DNA of 61,168 bases, taken from IMG/VR virus record IMGVR_UViG_3300031658_000006, positions 1 to 61,168 of that record. The stretch is one strand, 5' to 3'. Shown in pieces: positions 1-8,575 of this stretch. Made by a program: the position numbers and the translations under genes. Source of the DNA: a virus (Duplodnaviria; Caudoviricetes). The first letter of the stretch is position 1, and every line of letters starts with the position of its first letter. The notes under the pieces were generated by a model, which did no database searches, was not told the DNA's origin, and was given only the letters and a program-made list of their open reading frames with translations.

Positions 1-657
1 GTCAACAAGACTAACAATCTTATTGGTTCCCATATCAAGGTTAGCCGTGGCAGCTCCAAACGAAGTTACAGGAATATTTGCTGAGTCAATTTTATGCTGA
101 TTGGTTCCCGACGTAACAGCAAAATAATCTGCATCATTAATGTTACCACTTAGGGGTAGCTCGCTAATATCTAAAGTAAATGTAGCTGTTCCAGGAGCAG
201 AGATTACCGTGTCAATACCCACACCACCCACTAACGATAATGTATCGTCGTCGTAAATAGTTTGATTGGCTCCTGTATCTCCACTTATATCAAAGGAAGT
301 CATAATTCCAGGAGCTACACCCGATACAACACCCGTAATATGACCCTGTGTATTAACAGAAATAGATACAGGATAGGCATACGTGCCTGGTGTTCCGTAA
401 TTTAAATGGTCAAAGGTGACCGTTCCAATATTAGAAGCCACGCTATCAATAGCTACTCCACCTAAAAGAAATAACGAATCATTATTGTTTATAGTCTGGG
501 CAACACCAGTGTTCCCGTATACACTAAAAGAAGCGAGCCCTACAATGTCGCCAATACTATAGTTCATAGTGGCTAAGGCATTGCCAGAATCACTGCCAAT
601 AACCTTGTCTAACGCGGTCGGTGTACCATCTATTAAGTACGAGCTAATCTTAGGCAT
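1..657 (-). CDS. Tail fibre-like protein, 5' part only (duplicate of the start of 55298..57901)
   Basis: ATG at 657 (MPKISSY...) equals 57901 minus 57244; runs off the window start. Confidence 0.85.
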   Translation of the reverse strand, partial: MPKISSYLIDGTPTALDKVIGSDSGNALATMNYSIGDIVGLASFSVYGNTGVAQTINNNDSLFLLGGVAIDSVASNIGTVTFDHLNYGTPGTYAYPVSISVNTQGHITGVVSGVAPGIMTSFDISGDTGANQTIYDDDTLSLVGGVGIDTVISAPGTATFTLDISELPLSGNINDADYFAVTSGTNQHKIDSANIPVTSFGAATANLDMGTNKIVSLVD

Positions 658-663
658 ACGTTC

Positions 664-825
664 TTACGCTTTTCGGTTCTTACCCATAACAACGGCCTGA
701 AGGATACGAGACAATACATTTACAATGCGGTCGTCCTTCTTGGTTTCTGTGAGCGCGGTCATAGTTCCTGCCGCAGTCAAAACAGCCAATGCAATCTCGG
801 CCCAGTATGATGCTAAAAAATTCAT
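664..825 (-). CDS. Small membrane protein, holin-like (53 aa, not in ORF track)
   Basis: MNFLASYWAEIALAVLTAAGTMTALTETKKDDRIVNVLSRILQAVVMGKNRKA; hydrophobic helix and basic tail; ATGA overlap with the endolysin stop. Confidence 0.65.
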   Translation of the reverse strand: MNFLASYWAEIALAVLTAAGTMTALTETKKDDRIVNVLSRILQAVVMGKNRKA

Positions 826-1241
826 GTCGTTTCGTTTAAAAATTTATACTTATCCTGAACATCGAATGAGGGGCAATCCTTTTTTGAATATTCGTTGTGT
901 CCGTGGATACTTAACTCCCCAAAAATAAGGCGTAAACTTTTAACCAGATTCAAGAACGATATATCCTGCATCTCAGTCATCGTGTCTAGGGGTTTCAAGT
1001 TGTTATCCGTACCACCTATATAGCAAACACCTATAGAGTCTAGGTTGTGTGAGTAGGTGTGAGCCCCAATCACATCTATATCTCTACCCTTATGCACTGA
1101 ACCGTCGGCGTAGATACAGAAGTGGTACCCTATATCATCCCATCCTCGAAGCATATGCCATCCACGTATATCATCAACAGTTACATCGCGTCCACCAGGT
1201 GTAGCTGAGCAGTGTAAGATGATTCGTTTTAGGTCCCTCAT
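822..1241 (-). CDS. Endolysin, N-acetylmuramoyl-L-alanine amidase (Amidase_2, T7 lysozyme-like)
   Basis: IILHCSAT, GWDDIGYHF, GAHT..HN..SIGVCYIGG, GHNE..KDCP zinc-amidase motifs. Confidence 0.93.
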   Translation of the reverse strand: MRDLKRIILHCSATPGGRDVTVDDIRGWHMLRGWDDIGYHFCIYADGSVHKGRDIDVIGAHTYSHNLDSIGVCYIGGTDNNLKPLDTMTEMQDISFLNLVKSLRLIFGELSIHGHNEYSKKDCPSFDVQDKYKFLNETT

Positions 1242-1444
1242 TCAATACCCTTCTTGGCAAGCAATAACTTAATGTCATTTACTCCATCTACTAAGAAGTC
1301 AAGGCTCTGCTGAACTTTGGTCTCTTGCTTCTCTAGCGAAAACAACCGCGCTTTAATTGTAGTTACCTCGTTTGTCATCTTAACCCATGTGGCTATAATA
1401 CCTCCCAACGCGCCGATAGCAATAGATATAATCTCGTAGTTCAT
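1238..1444 (-). CDS. Small TM plus coiled-coil lysis-cassette protein (holin/spanin-like)
   Basis: N-terminal hydrophobic helix then heptad repeat; coupled to the amidase. Confidence 0.55.
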   Translation of the reverse strand: MNYEIISIAIGALGGIIATWVKMTNEVTTIKARLFSLEKQETKVQQSLDFLVDGVNDIKLLLAKKGIE

Positions 1445-1875
1445 TACTCCTCGATAAAGTCAACGTCCTCGGTTACTCCTTCAGTTTCGATTGGAAACCA
1501 TCCGTTAGCCTCCATATATGCCTGGTCGTGGACCGTGCATTCGGTAGGGATAATCTGCTCAAAAAGAACCGTTGAAGACGTAGTGATAAGCGTAGTGAGG
1601 GCGTCCATTTCTGCTTGGGGCATTAAAGGAAACAAAGCCTGTAGCTCGGTGAAGTCCACCGCTGCGTTAACGTAGATAAGCCAGTCTAAAATAATCGACA
1701 GTGCCGCCTCTCCCGTTGTGGGGTGGATGACAGAGCCAAATAAATTGAAGTTTGCTTCGTCTGGATTTTGGATAGACTCTGGACGAGTAATACAATAAAG
1801 CTGTCGAGAAATAGCTTCTGCTCGCTCCTCAGATGTAAGTCCTCCTTCGGGAGGAACGATTAGATAGTTACTCAT
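1444..1875 (-). CDS. Hypothetical virion-associated / fibre-assembly protein
   Basis: Acidic 143 aa ORF directly downstream of the adhesin gene. Confidence 0.6.
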   Translation of the reverse strand: MSNYLIVPPEGGLTSEERAEAISRQLYCITRPESIQNPDEANFNLFGSVIHPTTGEAALSIILDWLIYVNAAVDFTELQALFPLMPQAEMDALTTLITTSSTVLFEQIIPTECTVHDQAYMEANGWFPIETEGVTEDVDFIEE

Positions 1876-1895
1876 AGTGTGTAAAGATAAGGATA

Positions 1896-4358
1896 TTAAT
1901 AGATGTCGTAGAAGTCGTTTAGGTTGGTTTCGATTCCAGTGCGGTCTGTGGATTTGTCGGAAGCGTAAACAACTACCTCCTGCGCTTTGCCATTAAAATA
2001 GCTTGAATTTCCTTTTTGACCAAGACGAATACCTGTGCTTGTTGTACCTGCGGCGCCTCCAGTTTCTGCGGTTGAGCCGTTGTAACCTATTGCAAGAGAC
2101 GTTCCGAATAAACCAAACACCAAGTTTTGGGCGGCTGTGTAGTTTGTTGACGTATTGAAACCATTGTTAAAATTCATTCGCATTGTTGCGTTTGAATTGT
2201 ACCTAAAAAATGCGATTCCTCCTGTGCCGTCCCAAGCGATAAAAGCGCCACTACTATTTGTTTGGTCAGGTTTGGCAACGTGAAAGCTGGTGAGCGTTGT
2301 TTCAGATAATCCAACACTATCTAAGAAATCGTTTGCACCATCAAAATCTAACGCGGGCTTGCCGTTCTCCGTCACCATACCCGTCGTACCATCGTAAATC
2401 TTTGGTCGGTTAGCAGACGTAACTTGAGTAACGTTGTTCCCACTACCACTCTGGTCGTACCAAGTCTCTACGAACACGTCGTTACTACCTCCGTAAGCGA
2501 CAATAGCAGAAGTGTCTAACTCTCCGTAGCTATCGAAGCCTACGTCAAGCGTAGCTCCGCCCACGTTGTCCTGTACTTTAATAGCGCTACCTGTATAAGT
2601 GTTACTCAATCTACGTAAAGAGTAACCCGCCGATGCACCAGGATATAAATTTAAAAGAAGAGGCGTAGGCGCTACGGTGTAGATATCGTAGAAGTCGTTT
2701 AGGTTGGTTTCGATGCCCGTGCGGTTGGTTGATTCGTCGGATTCGTAAAGAACAACCTCCTGAATTAATCCAATCCAACTCCCGTTGCCAGTTCCTGAAT
2801 TATAGCCTCCAACTTGTAAAGAATTAAAGCCATCATTCCCCGCGTTACCGCTTACAACTATTGTTCCATCTAGTACCGCGTTGCTGTTCACTCCGTTATG
2901 CAAAGAGCCGAATAAAGATTGAGTTGTTGGAAAGCTTGTGCTAGAAGCTAAAACACTTCCATTGTAAATCCCAAGGACTGGGCCAGGCCGAACGCTTGGC
3001 CCGCGTTTGTTGTCACTCCCTCCAAAAATACCTTGGTAAGTATCTGCTGAGTCAATGTTCGCGACTGAAAAAGACGTAATTGGTTGGCTAAGATTTACAG
3101 AGCTTGTAAAGTATTGCGTGGCGTTTTCAAAGTCAACAGCAGGCTTCCCGTTGTCCGTCACCACAAAACCCCTAGATAACCCATCGTAAATCTTTGGGCG
3201 GTTAGCAGACGTACCCTGAGTAGCGTTGTTCCCGTTGCCACTTTGGTCGTACCAGGTCTCTACGAACACGTTATTTTGGTCTCCGTAATTCGATAAGCTG
3301 GCCGTATCGAGCTCTCCAAATGAATCGAACCCAATGTCTTGCGTCGCTCCGCCCACGTTGTCCTGTACCTTAACAGCAAAGCCTGTGTAGTCGGCACGAA
3401 GTTTACGAAGCGAGTAAGCCGCAGCCGCACCTGTGTAAGTGTCTAAAAGGTAAGGGGCTGGGTTTTCGGTGTAATAGTCGCTTATGTTTTCTTCTATGGA
3501 TGTGACCACTTGAGAACCTGATTCGACGTAAAACAAAAATTCTTGCGCACTATACATCCCCCAATCGGCATAGACAGGCAGATAACCAAATCTAAAACCG
3601 CTTGTTGACACATAAGTAAAGTCGGCATCACAATACAATAAGTTCACAGAAGACCCGTTGGTATCTGAAAGGTTGTTATAGATTGAACCCCTAGTTGTTG
3701 GTATGTAGTTTCTTCCGCCTAATTTGTATTCCGCTACGGTAACATCTCTTTTTATACTGGTAGAGGAGTTGTTCAAGGTAGCGATAAGGAAGTAATCATT
3801 AGCTACTGTTTCGCTACCCAATAACAAAGAGTTAATGCCTGGTTCTGCTTTTATCATAGAGAACACGTCGTATCGCTCCACTGTAGGAATATCGAAAATC
3901 ATACCCAAAGTCGACCCACCCTTTAATAATACCCTTCCGTTTTCCTCCACCAATACGCCGCCCGCAGCGACAACTATTGGGCGATTGGCAACAGTAACCT
4001 GAGTAGCGTTATTCCCATTGGTAGATTGGTCGTACCAAATGCTCACCCGAACCTCATTGGTTCCAGCAAACGCCAATAGCGTAGCGGTATCAAGGTTGTT
4101 ATTTACGTCGAAACCAATCTCCGCCGTAGCGCCTCCAGATGTAGCCTGTACCTGCATCGCCGCGCCTGTATACGCAGTGCGCAACTTACGGACCGAGTAG
4201 GCCGCCTCAGCTCCTGAGCCGTATGACGTATCTAGAAGGAGGCTGCCAGTGACTGGCTTGCCTATAAGATTAATAGAGCCTACAGCTGAGATAAGAACTG
4301 CGTCAAACTTAGATATATTGGCGAAATCAATTCCGCTTACTTTTTGAATAGTCGCCAT
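1896..4358 (-). CDS. Modular virion adhesin, three tandem ConA/LamG-like (GH54-like N-terminal motif) modules; allele 1
   Basis: Three ~260-aa repeats with AYSLRxL..YTG..VQ..GGAT.DIGFD, WYDQSGNGNNATQ..ANRP and QE..Y.SD..RTGIETN, separated by variable cores. Confidence 0.8.
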   Translation of the reverse strand: MATIQKVSGIDFANISKFDAVLISAVGSINLIGKPVTGSLLLDTSYGSGAEAAYSVRKLRTAYTGAAMQVQATSGGATAEIGFDVNNNLDTATLLAFAGTNEVRVSIWYDQSTNGNNATQVTVANRPIVVAAGGVLVEENGRVLLKGGSTLGMIFDIPTVERYDVFSMIKAEPGINSLLLGSETVANDYFLIATLNNSSTSIKRDVTVAEYKLGGRNYIPTTRGSIYNNLSDTNGSSVNLLYCDADFTYVSTSGFRFGYLPVYADWGMYSAQEFLFYVESGSQVVTSIEENISDYYTENPAPYLLDTYTGAAAAYSLRKLRADYTGFAVKVQDNVGGATQDIGFDSFGELDTASLSNYGDQNNVFVETWYDQSGNGNNATQGTSANRPKIYDGLSRGFVVTDNGKPAVDFENATQYFTSSVNLSQPITSFSVANIDSADTYQGIFGGSDNKRGPSVRPGPVLGIYNGSVLASSTSFPTTQSLFGSLHNGVNSNAVLDGTIVVSGNAGNDGFNSLQVGGYNSGTGNGSWIGLIQEVVLYESDESTNRTGIETNLNDFYDIYTVAPTPLLLNLYPGASAGYSLRRLSNTYTGSAIKVQDNVGGATLDVGFDSYGELDTSAIVAYGGSNDVFVETWYDQSGSGNNVTQVTSANRPKIYDGTTGMVTENGKPALDFDGANDFLDSVGLSETTLTSFHVAKPDQTNSSGAFIAWDGTGGIAFFRYNSNATMRMNFNNGFNTSTNYTAAQNLVFGLFGTSLAIGYNGSTAETGGAAGTTSTGIRLGQKGNSSYFNGKAQEVVVYASDKSTDRTGIETNLNDFYDIY

Positions 4359-4370
4359 ACGAAAATGTTT

Positions 4371-4910
4371 TTAAGCTAGTGTGATAAACGAACTGTCTGG
4401 CTTAAAATAAATAATTTTATTGGTTACGTCCACAACATAACCTACAATACGAACGATAAATCCTGTGGTGCCAGTAGGCTGAACGTCCGTTAAAACACCA
4501 TCGGTTGTAGATAGGTAAACAGGAGCCCCTAACGTACTGAGAATAGCATTAGCCACTACAATATTTCCCTCACGAACCATACGCGAACCATCAGCAGAAG
4601 ACCCAATAGCAATAATACCTGTAGATTTCGTGCTGTTAGTAGCATTAGTAGCCACCCAAGCAGTTCCGTCCCAATAGAAAGAAGCTCCTCGTGTCAGACC
4701 AGAGCCAGAGCCCCAACCAGAAAAAAACGTAGAACCCGATGAATAGTTGCCGCCTAATGTACCCGAAGTATTCTTCTCTAGGTTGGCTCCTCCCAACAAA
4801 AGATTATCAGGAGTAATTTTAATATTACCCGATGACGAAAGACCGACTAGCTGAGTTACATTTCCTACACTTGCCTCAGCTGTAAACGCTGAAAATTTTA
4901 CGTTTGCCAT
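4371..4910 (-). CDS. Gly/Ser/Thr-rich virion fibre or spike component
   Basis: MANVKFSAF fibre-type start; C-terminal GAPVYLS...G.IVRIVGY beta-rich domain. Confidence 0.6.
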   Translation of the reverse strand: MANVKFSAFTAEASVGNVTQLVGLSSSGNIKITPDNLLLGGANLEKNTSGTLGGNYSSGSTFFSGWGSGSGLTRGASFYWDGTAWVATNATNSTKSTGIIAIGSSADGSRMVREGNIVVANAILSTLGAPVYLSTTDGVLTDVQPTGTTGFIVRIVGYVVDVTNKIIYFKPDSSFITLA

Positions 4911-4914
4911 AATA

Positions 4915-5076
4915 TTAAGGTGCTAATTCGCTTACTAAAAAATTCCCCGACTCATCAATAATATTGTCACCGTCAATACTCCCGTCCCCTAATATAAAAA
5001 ACGTAGGAAGGATAGCGCCACCACCGCCCGTGATGCCGCCAATCATATTGCCGATAATTATTGCGGTACCCTGCAT
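4915..5076 (-). CDS. Small Gly-rich structural peptide (53 aa, not in ORF track)
   Basis: MQGTAIIIGNMIGGITGGGGAILPTFFILGDGSIDGDNIIDESGNFLVSELAP fills the gap between its neighbours. Confidence 0.6.
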   Translation of the reverse strand: MQGTAIIIGNMIGGITGGGGAILPTFFILGDGSIDGDNIIDESGNFLVSELAP

Positions 5077-5077
5077 A

Positions 5078-5560
5078 TTACCAGAGAGCTAAAATCGATG
5101 TGGCTGTATTGCTAGTAGCAAAAACTCGCTTGACCTGAACAGGGATAAAGGACCCAGCCAAAACTCCCGTGAAAGTAATGTCGCTACCGCTAGAAGTTAG
5201 AACCCGTAGGTCACCCGCTCCGCCTACATACAAAACACAACCTGGGTTGTCGGTATTAGCGTAAATAGTATAGTTGGTCCCAAAGGCGAAACTGCCACCT
5301 GCACTACGAATAGCAATAGTTAGCTGGTCTTCAGAGACAACTGATATAACTTCAGCTATACTTGTGTTATCAGTGGTATTGTAAATAACCATACCAGCCC
5401 TGATATTATTCGTTAAGAAGGTTGCAGTGGTATCAATGAATAACGAACCTGGAACGTCTCTCGAACCATTCAGCGTATAGCCAGATGGGTTGGGGATGTC
5501 TAACGTGTCGCTTGGGATAACATTGACCCCTAAGCCAACTTGTAATTTTTGATATGCCAT
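5078..5560 (-). CDS. Head-spike base-like protein (resembles RcGTA Rcc01079 family)
   Basis: C-terminal LYVGGAGDLRV..G.DITF.GV.AGSFIPVQVKRVFAT..ATSILALW; likely start ATG 5560 (MAYQKLQ). Confidence 0.65.
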   Translation of the reverse strand: MAYQKLQVGLGVNVIPSDTLDIPNPSGYTLNGSRDVPGSLFIDTTATFLTNNIRAGMVIYNTTDNTSIAEVISVVSEDQLTIAIRSAGGSFAFGTNYTIYANTDNPGCVLYVGGAGDLRVLTSSGSDITFTGVLAGSFIPVQVKRVFATSNTATSILALW

Positions 5561-5562
5561 AG

Positions 5563-5718
5563 TTATTTCTCGTAAGGGAATGTTCTGTTTAACGTGTCGC
5601 GGCGTTCGCCGCAGCCACAATCTTTATCGACAGCTTTCGCCACCTTGTCCACGACGCGCTTGATACCCGTAGCTCTAGTGAACTGCTCTATTGTATCGCC
5701 TAATCCTTTCGCTTTCAT
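5563..5718 (-). CDS. Small conserved phage protein (GLGDTIE...DCGC motif)
   Basis: MKAKGLGDTIEQFTRATGIK...DCGCGERRDTLN; start reassigned to ATG 5718. Confidence 0.7.
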   Translation of the reverse strand: MKAKGLGDTIEQFTRATGIKRVVDKVAKAVDKDCGCGERRDTLNRTFPYEK

Positions 5719-5731
5719 GACCTCGAAGGTA

Positions 5732-6022
5732 CTAATATTTTCCCGCTCTTTTTTTCGGAGAACTCTTCGTAGAACCACCCGACCCCGCCCATAGATGTTT
5801 GCAAGCCCAATACCGAGCCGTAAACTTAGAACTAGCAGAGCTACACTTATGGCGCACTTTAAAGCTCTTACGAGCAGCGGGAGAGTAATTATGACCGTAG
5901 CCCTTAGCTCCGAAATGAATGAGCTTCTCCTGGCCTCCAGAGCAAGCCTTGACCATCTTCTTCTTCCCCGCTCGGTCCGACCGAGTAGGGCTGTTACATT
6001 TCATCTTACTCTTATCAGCCAT
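5732..6022 (-). CDS. Small basic phage protein
   Basis: KKKMVKAC..KLIHFGAKGY..RKSF..RHKC..ARYWAC..LW, a motif set common in marine phages. Confidence 0.75.
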   Translation of the reverse strand: MADKSKMKCNSPTRSDRAGKKKMVKACSGGQEKLIHFGAKGYGHNYSPAARKSFKVRHKCSSASSKFTARYWACKHLWAGSGGSTKSSPKKRAGKY

Positions 6023-6023
6023 A

Positions 6024-6266
6024 TCAACTATTGGTTACACGACCAGCAAGCGTATTCGAAACAAACTGCCTGCCTGTTCCGCCCCTACTCTTTTTCTTAC
6101 GAGCCGTAGAAGCCCGCTCAGATTTACTCATAGACTTAGCTTTAGATAATGGCAGACAACGGTCAGGGTTTTCAGTATCCTTACTCGTGCCACAAGCACC
6201 GAGTATAGAACCATCAGTTCCAATACGAACCCATTTCTGGTCACGCCATTTCTTTAGCTCGCCCAT
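6024..6266 (-). CDS. Small basic Cys-containing phage protein
   Basis: LKKW..QKWVRI...CG...PDRCLP..KA motif. Confidence 0.75.
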   Translation of the reverse strand: MGELKKWRDQKWVRIGTDGSILGACGTSKDTENPDRCLPLSKAKSMSKSERASTARKKKSRGGTGRQFVSNTLAGRVTNS

Positions 6267-6418
6267 TAGTAAGACGACGTCATCTTCTTCTCCATACCGT
6301 AATTAGGATTGTTCTTTACTTTCCCTTTTGTCATCTTGGCATAAGAATCAGCTTGAGCTTTTCCAACTGCGTTATATGGAAACACACGCTTACCAGTTTT
6401 AGTAATTACTGTAGGCAT
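6266..6418 (-). CDS. Small basic protein (50 aa, not in ORF track)
   Basis: MPTVITKTGKRVFPYNAVGKAQADSYAKMTKGKVKNNPNYGMEKKMTSSY; tiles between neighbours. Confidence 0.65.
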   Translation of the reverse strand: MPTVITKTGKRVFPYNAVGKAQADSYAKMTKGKVKNNPNYGMEKKMTSSY

Positions 6419-6420
6419 GA

Positions 6421-6543
6421 TTATTTTTTTTTAGAATGAGAATAACCCTTCTTCTTTAACGACAAGTGTTCTTTAACTGTATTAGCGACCTTCTTGACTC
6501 CCGTCTCGCTATACATATTATGAACCTTAAATTTATTAGCCAT
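6421..6543 (-). CDS. Small basic protein (40 aa)
   Basis: MANKFKVHNMY...EHLSLKKKGYSH; start reassigned to ATG 6543. Confidence 0.65.
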   Translation of the reverse strand: MANKFKVHNMYSETGVKKVANTVKEHLSLKKKGYSHSKKK

Positions 6544-6544
6544 A

Positions 6545-6700
6545 TTACTTCTTGGATTTCTTAGCGTAGTTAGGGTCCTTGCAATATTTACTTGCCGCCA
6601 TATTCGCATAAGCCGAAGGGTAGCGGTCAAAAGTCCGCTTCGCCCAAGATATACCCGATGGACATATCGTGTTCCCCTTCTTCTTAGTGCGTCCAGCCAT
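6545..6700 (-). CDS. Small basic protein (YPSAYAN motif)
   Basis: MAGRTKKKGNTICPSGISWAKRTFDRYPSAYANMAASKYCK; start reassigned to ATG 6700. Confidence 0.7.
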   Translation of the reverse strand: MAGRTKKKGNTICPSGISWAKRTFDRYPSAYANMAASKYCKDPNYAKKSKK

Positions 6701-6701
6701 A

Positions 6702-7586
6702 CTATCGAGAAGCTCGCTTGTTGATACGTGCAATCTTACGACCAGCTCTAGACTCGATACGGTCTACTTTAGAAGAAACCTTCTTGTTTTTAGCAGCAGT
6801 ACGAGCGGCAGCAACACTAGACTTCGCTGTATTACGAGCAGCCTTAGCCGTCTTGTCCATAGTGCTTACCTTGTTGTAAGCTCCTTTACCAGCCGCTTTA
6901 CTCGCGCCCTTAGACTCATCGCGACGAGACTTAAGAGACTGAGACTTCTTTCCGTTACGTGCACCCAACGACTCATCCAATCGGTCGTTGTACCCCTGTC
7001 GTGAACCCATACCTGAGCCTGTGTTACGACTGGTGTAAGACGTAGCCTTCTTAGGAGCAGGTGATTTAGGAGCTGCTTTCTTAGCCAAGGACTTAGTAGC
7101 TGGCTTTCTAGCAATCTTTGAAGCTGCTTTCTTAGCGACCATCTTAGGTGCTGCTGCTGGCTTCTTAGGAGCAGCCTTCTTAGTAGCGGCCTTCTTAGTA
7201 GCTTTCAGAGTAACAGATTGATTCTTACCGCCCTTAGCAGTTCCCTTAGTAGCGCCCATAAACTTTGCTACGGTAGAAGCTTTGTTTGACGATGCCGCTG
7301 CGCTTTTTTGACCTCGGAACTCAGACTGATTCAATACAGAACTAGCGCCTCCGCTTGAACGACCTCCTCCTGTACCAGCTGGTTTATTTTGAGAACGCTC
7401 ACGTGCACCGACTGGAGTTGGAGCTAAAGGCTGGGAAGCTCTGGCAGACCCACCTCGTGGAGCGCTTAAAGTTCCAGCGTACTTACCCTTCGGATTAGGT
7501 CCAGCGTTAGGTCCAGCTAAGAACTTACTAATTGAGCTACCCAGTCCCTTTAGCTTCGAAGAGCTGTAATTCATTTTATAAGGCAT
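6702..7586 (-). CDS. Histone H1-like Lys/Ala-rich basic protein
   Basis: Repeated KKAA/AAPK low-complexity tract; very basic. Confidence 0.7.
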   Translation of the reverse strand: MPYKMNYSSSKLKGLGSSISKFLAGPNAGPNPKGKYAGTLSAPRGGSARASQPLAPTPVGARERSQNKPAGTGGGRSSGGASSVLNQSEFRGQKSAAASSNKASTVAKFMGATKGTAKGGKNQSVTLKATKKAATKKAAPKKPAAAPKMVAKKAASKIARKPATKSLAKKAAPKSPAPKKATSYTSRNTGSGMGSRQGYNDRLDESLGARNGKKSQSLKSRRDESKGASKAAGKGAYNKVSTMDKTAKAARNTAKSSVAAARTAAKNKKVSSKVDRIESRAGRKIARINKRASR

Positions 7587-7605
7587 CGTGAAAAAATTTG
7601 ATGGT

Positions 7606-7622
7606 TACTTTTGTCAAAGATA
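7606..7622. promoter_or_regulatory. Divergent Bacteroidota-type -7 promoter elements with overlapping start regions
   Basis: TACTTTTG on + (7606-7613) and TATCTTTG on - (7615-7622); both fit TAnnTTTG. Confidence 0.6.
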
Positions 7623-7636
7623 GCAAATCAAATCTA

Positions 7637-8095
7637 ATGCCTAAAAATCCACCTGAGTACGATTACCTCAAATACTGGAGGGTAATACGATACTATATAA
7701 AAGCACGTTACGGAATTACAACGGGCGACCTCGATATGCTTCTATTCCTTCGGTCCGAAGGGAAATTTAATAGAAGTAAGTTCAATGAATTTGACGAGGT
7801 ATTCGATTGGGATAAGGGACGTTTCCAACGGCTGCTGCGTAACGAGTGGATATCAGTTTTCAGAAAGAAAAGCGGGAACTACGCCTCACAAGCAGCTTTA
7901 TACGAGGTGTCGTATAAAGGAAAACGAATGCTCACCGCTATGTACAGGAAACTTAGCGGAGAGGAAATCTCTACCAACCACCAAATCAACCCCATGTTTT
8001 TAAAGAACGTCTCCTATAGCGATAAGGTATACCGCACTATGCTTATAGAGATGAACGCTTTTATAAAACAACAACAACATCAGAAAGACTTATGA
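7637..8095 (+). CDS. Putative winged-helix (MarR-like) DNA-binding protein
   Basis: Lone plus-strand gene in the late region; LDMLLFL, RFQRLLRNEWISVFRK, YEVSYKGK pattern. Start reassigned to ATG 7637 after an AAATCAAAT leader. Confidence 0.55.
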   Translation: MPKNPPEYDYLKYWRVIRYYIKARYGITTGDLDMLLFLRSEGKFNRSKFNEFDEVFDWDKGRFQRLLRNEWISVFRKKSGNYASQAALYEVSYKGKRMLTAMYRKLSGEEISTNHQINPMFLKNVSYSDKVYRTMLIEMNAFIKQQQHQKDL

Positions 8096-8318
8096 TGGTA
8101 TACGACTCATTGTTGATGAGCATAGTGTATCCCGCCCTTTTGTCATAGTATATGTCGTCGTCCTTTGAGATTGATACCACGTCGGTGCCTGGCGCTATCA
8201 CAGTGCCCCGCTTATAACGCATCTGGTTGGCGTCGTCAGCTGACAGCAACAGCCCTGATGACGTGCGTATCTCCTCATCCACGGTCTTGATAACTATGTT
8301 ATGTCCTATAGGTTTCAT
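8061..8318 (-). CDS. groES: Co-chaperonin GroES
   Basis: MKPIG..IVIK, TSSGLLL mobile loop, GTVIAPG, terminal DVVVVL. Confidence 0.9.
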   Translation of the reverse strand: MKPIGHNIVIKTVDEEIRTSSGLLLSADDANQMRYKRGTVIAPGTDVVSISKDDDIYYDKRAGYTMLINNESYTIISLSDVVVVL

Positions 8319-8575
8319 ATGATAAAAATTGGTGTCGTCGGTCCCATACTAGCGGCCAACACATTATACTCAAAGTACTCAATCGCCTCCTCCTCGGTCA
8401 TACCGTCAGCTATTAACGCGTCATAGCAGCGCGTCACGCTATAGCATACACGGAACGAACCCGTATAGCCGTCCTGCGACACCCCGATTATAGCATCGTC
8501 AAAACCGTCAGCGAATAAAGACGACATATCACATGACTGTAACAACTCGTCAATTTCATTACGTGTATCCATCAT
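8315..8575 (-). CDS. Conserved acidic phage protein
   Basis: ADGFDDAIIG...GMTEEEAIEYFEYNV...G..TPIFI; lies between groEL and groES. Confidence 0.75.
   Translation of the reverse strand: MMDTRNEIDELLQSCDMSSLFADGFDDAIIGVSQDGYTGSFRVCYSVTRCYDALIADGMTEEEAIEYFEYNVLAASMGPTTPIFII

Larger units (their letters stand above)
1..2639. repeat. Terminal direct repeat / circular overlap, copy 1
   Basis: Matches 57245-59883 (offset 57244; ORF track shows identical proteins). First mismatch at 2640/59884. Confidence 0.95.

Noticed and set aside
725-928. Plus-strand 67-aa ORF (and its copy 57969..58172)
   Set aside because: Antisense to the amidase and holin-like genes.
1896-4358. Diversity-generating retroelement or invertase shufflon behind adhesin variation
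   Set aside because: No reverse transcriptase or site-specific recombinase, no adenine-specific TR/VR pair and no inverted silent cassettes.
1896-4358. Active GH54 arabinofuranosidase
   Set aside because: Only the N-terminal scaffold motif is similar; I cannot identify catalytic residues.
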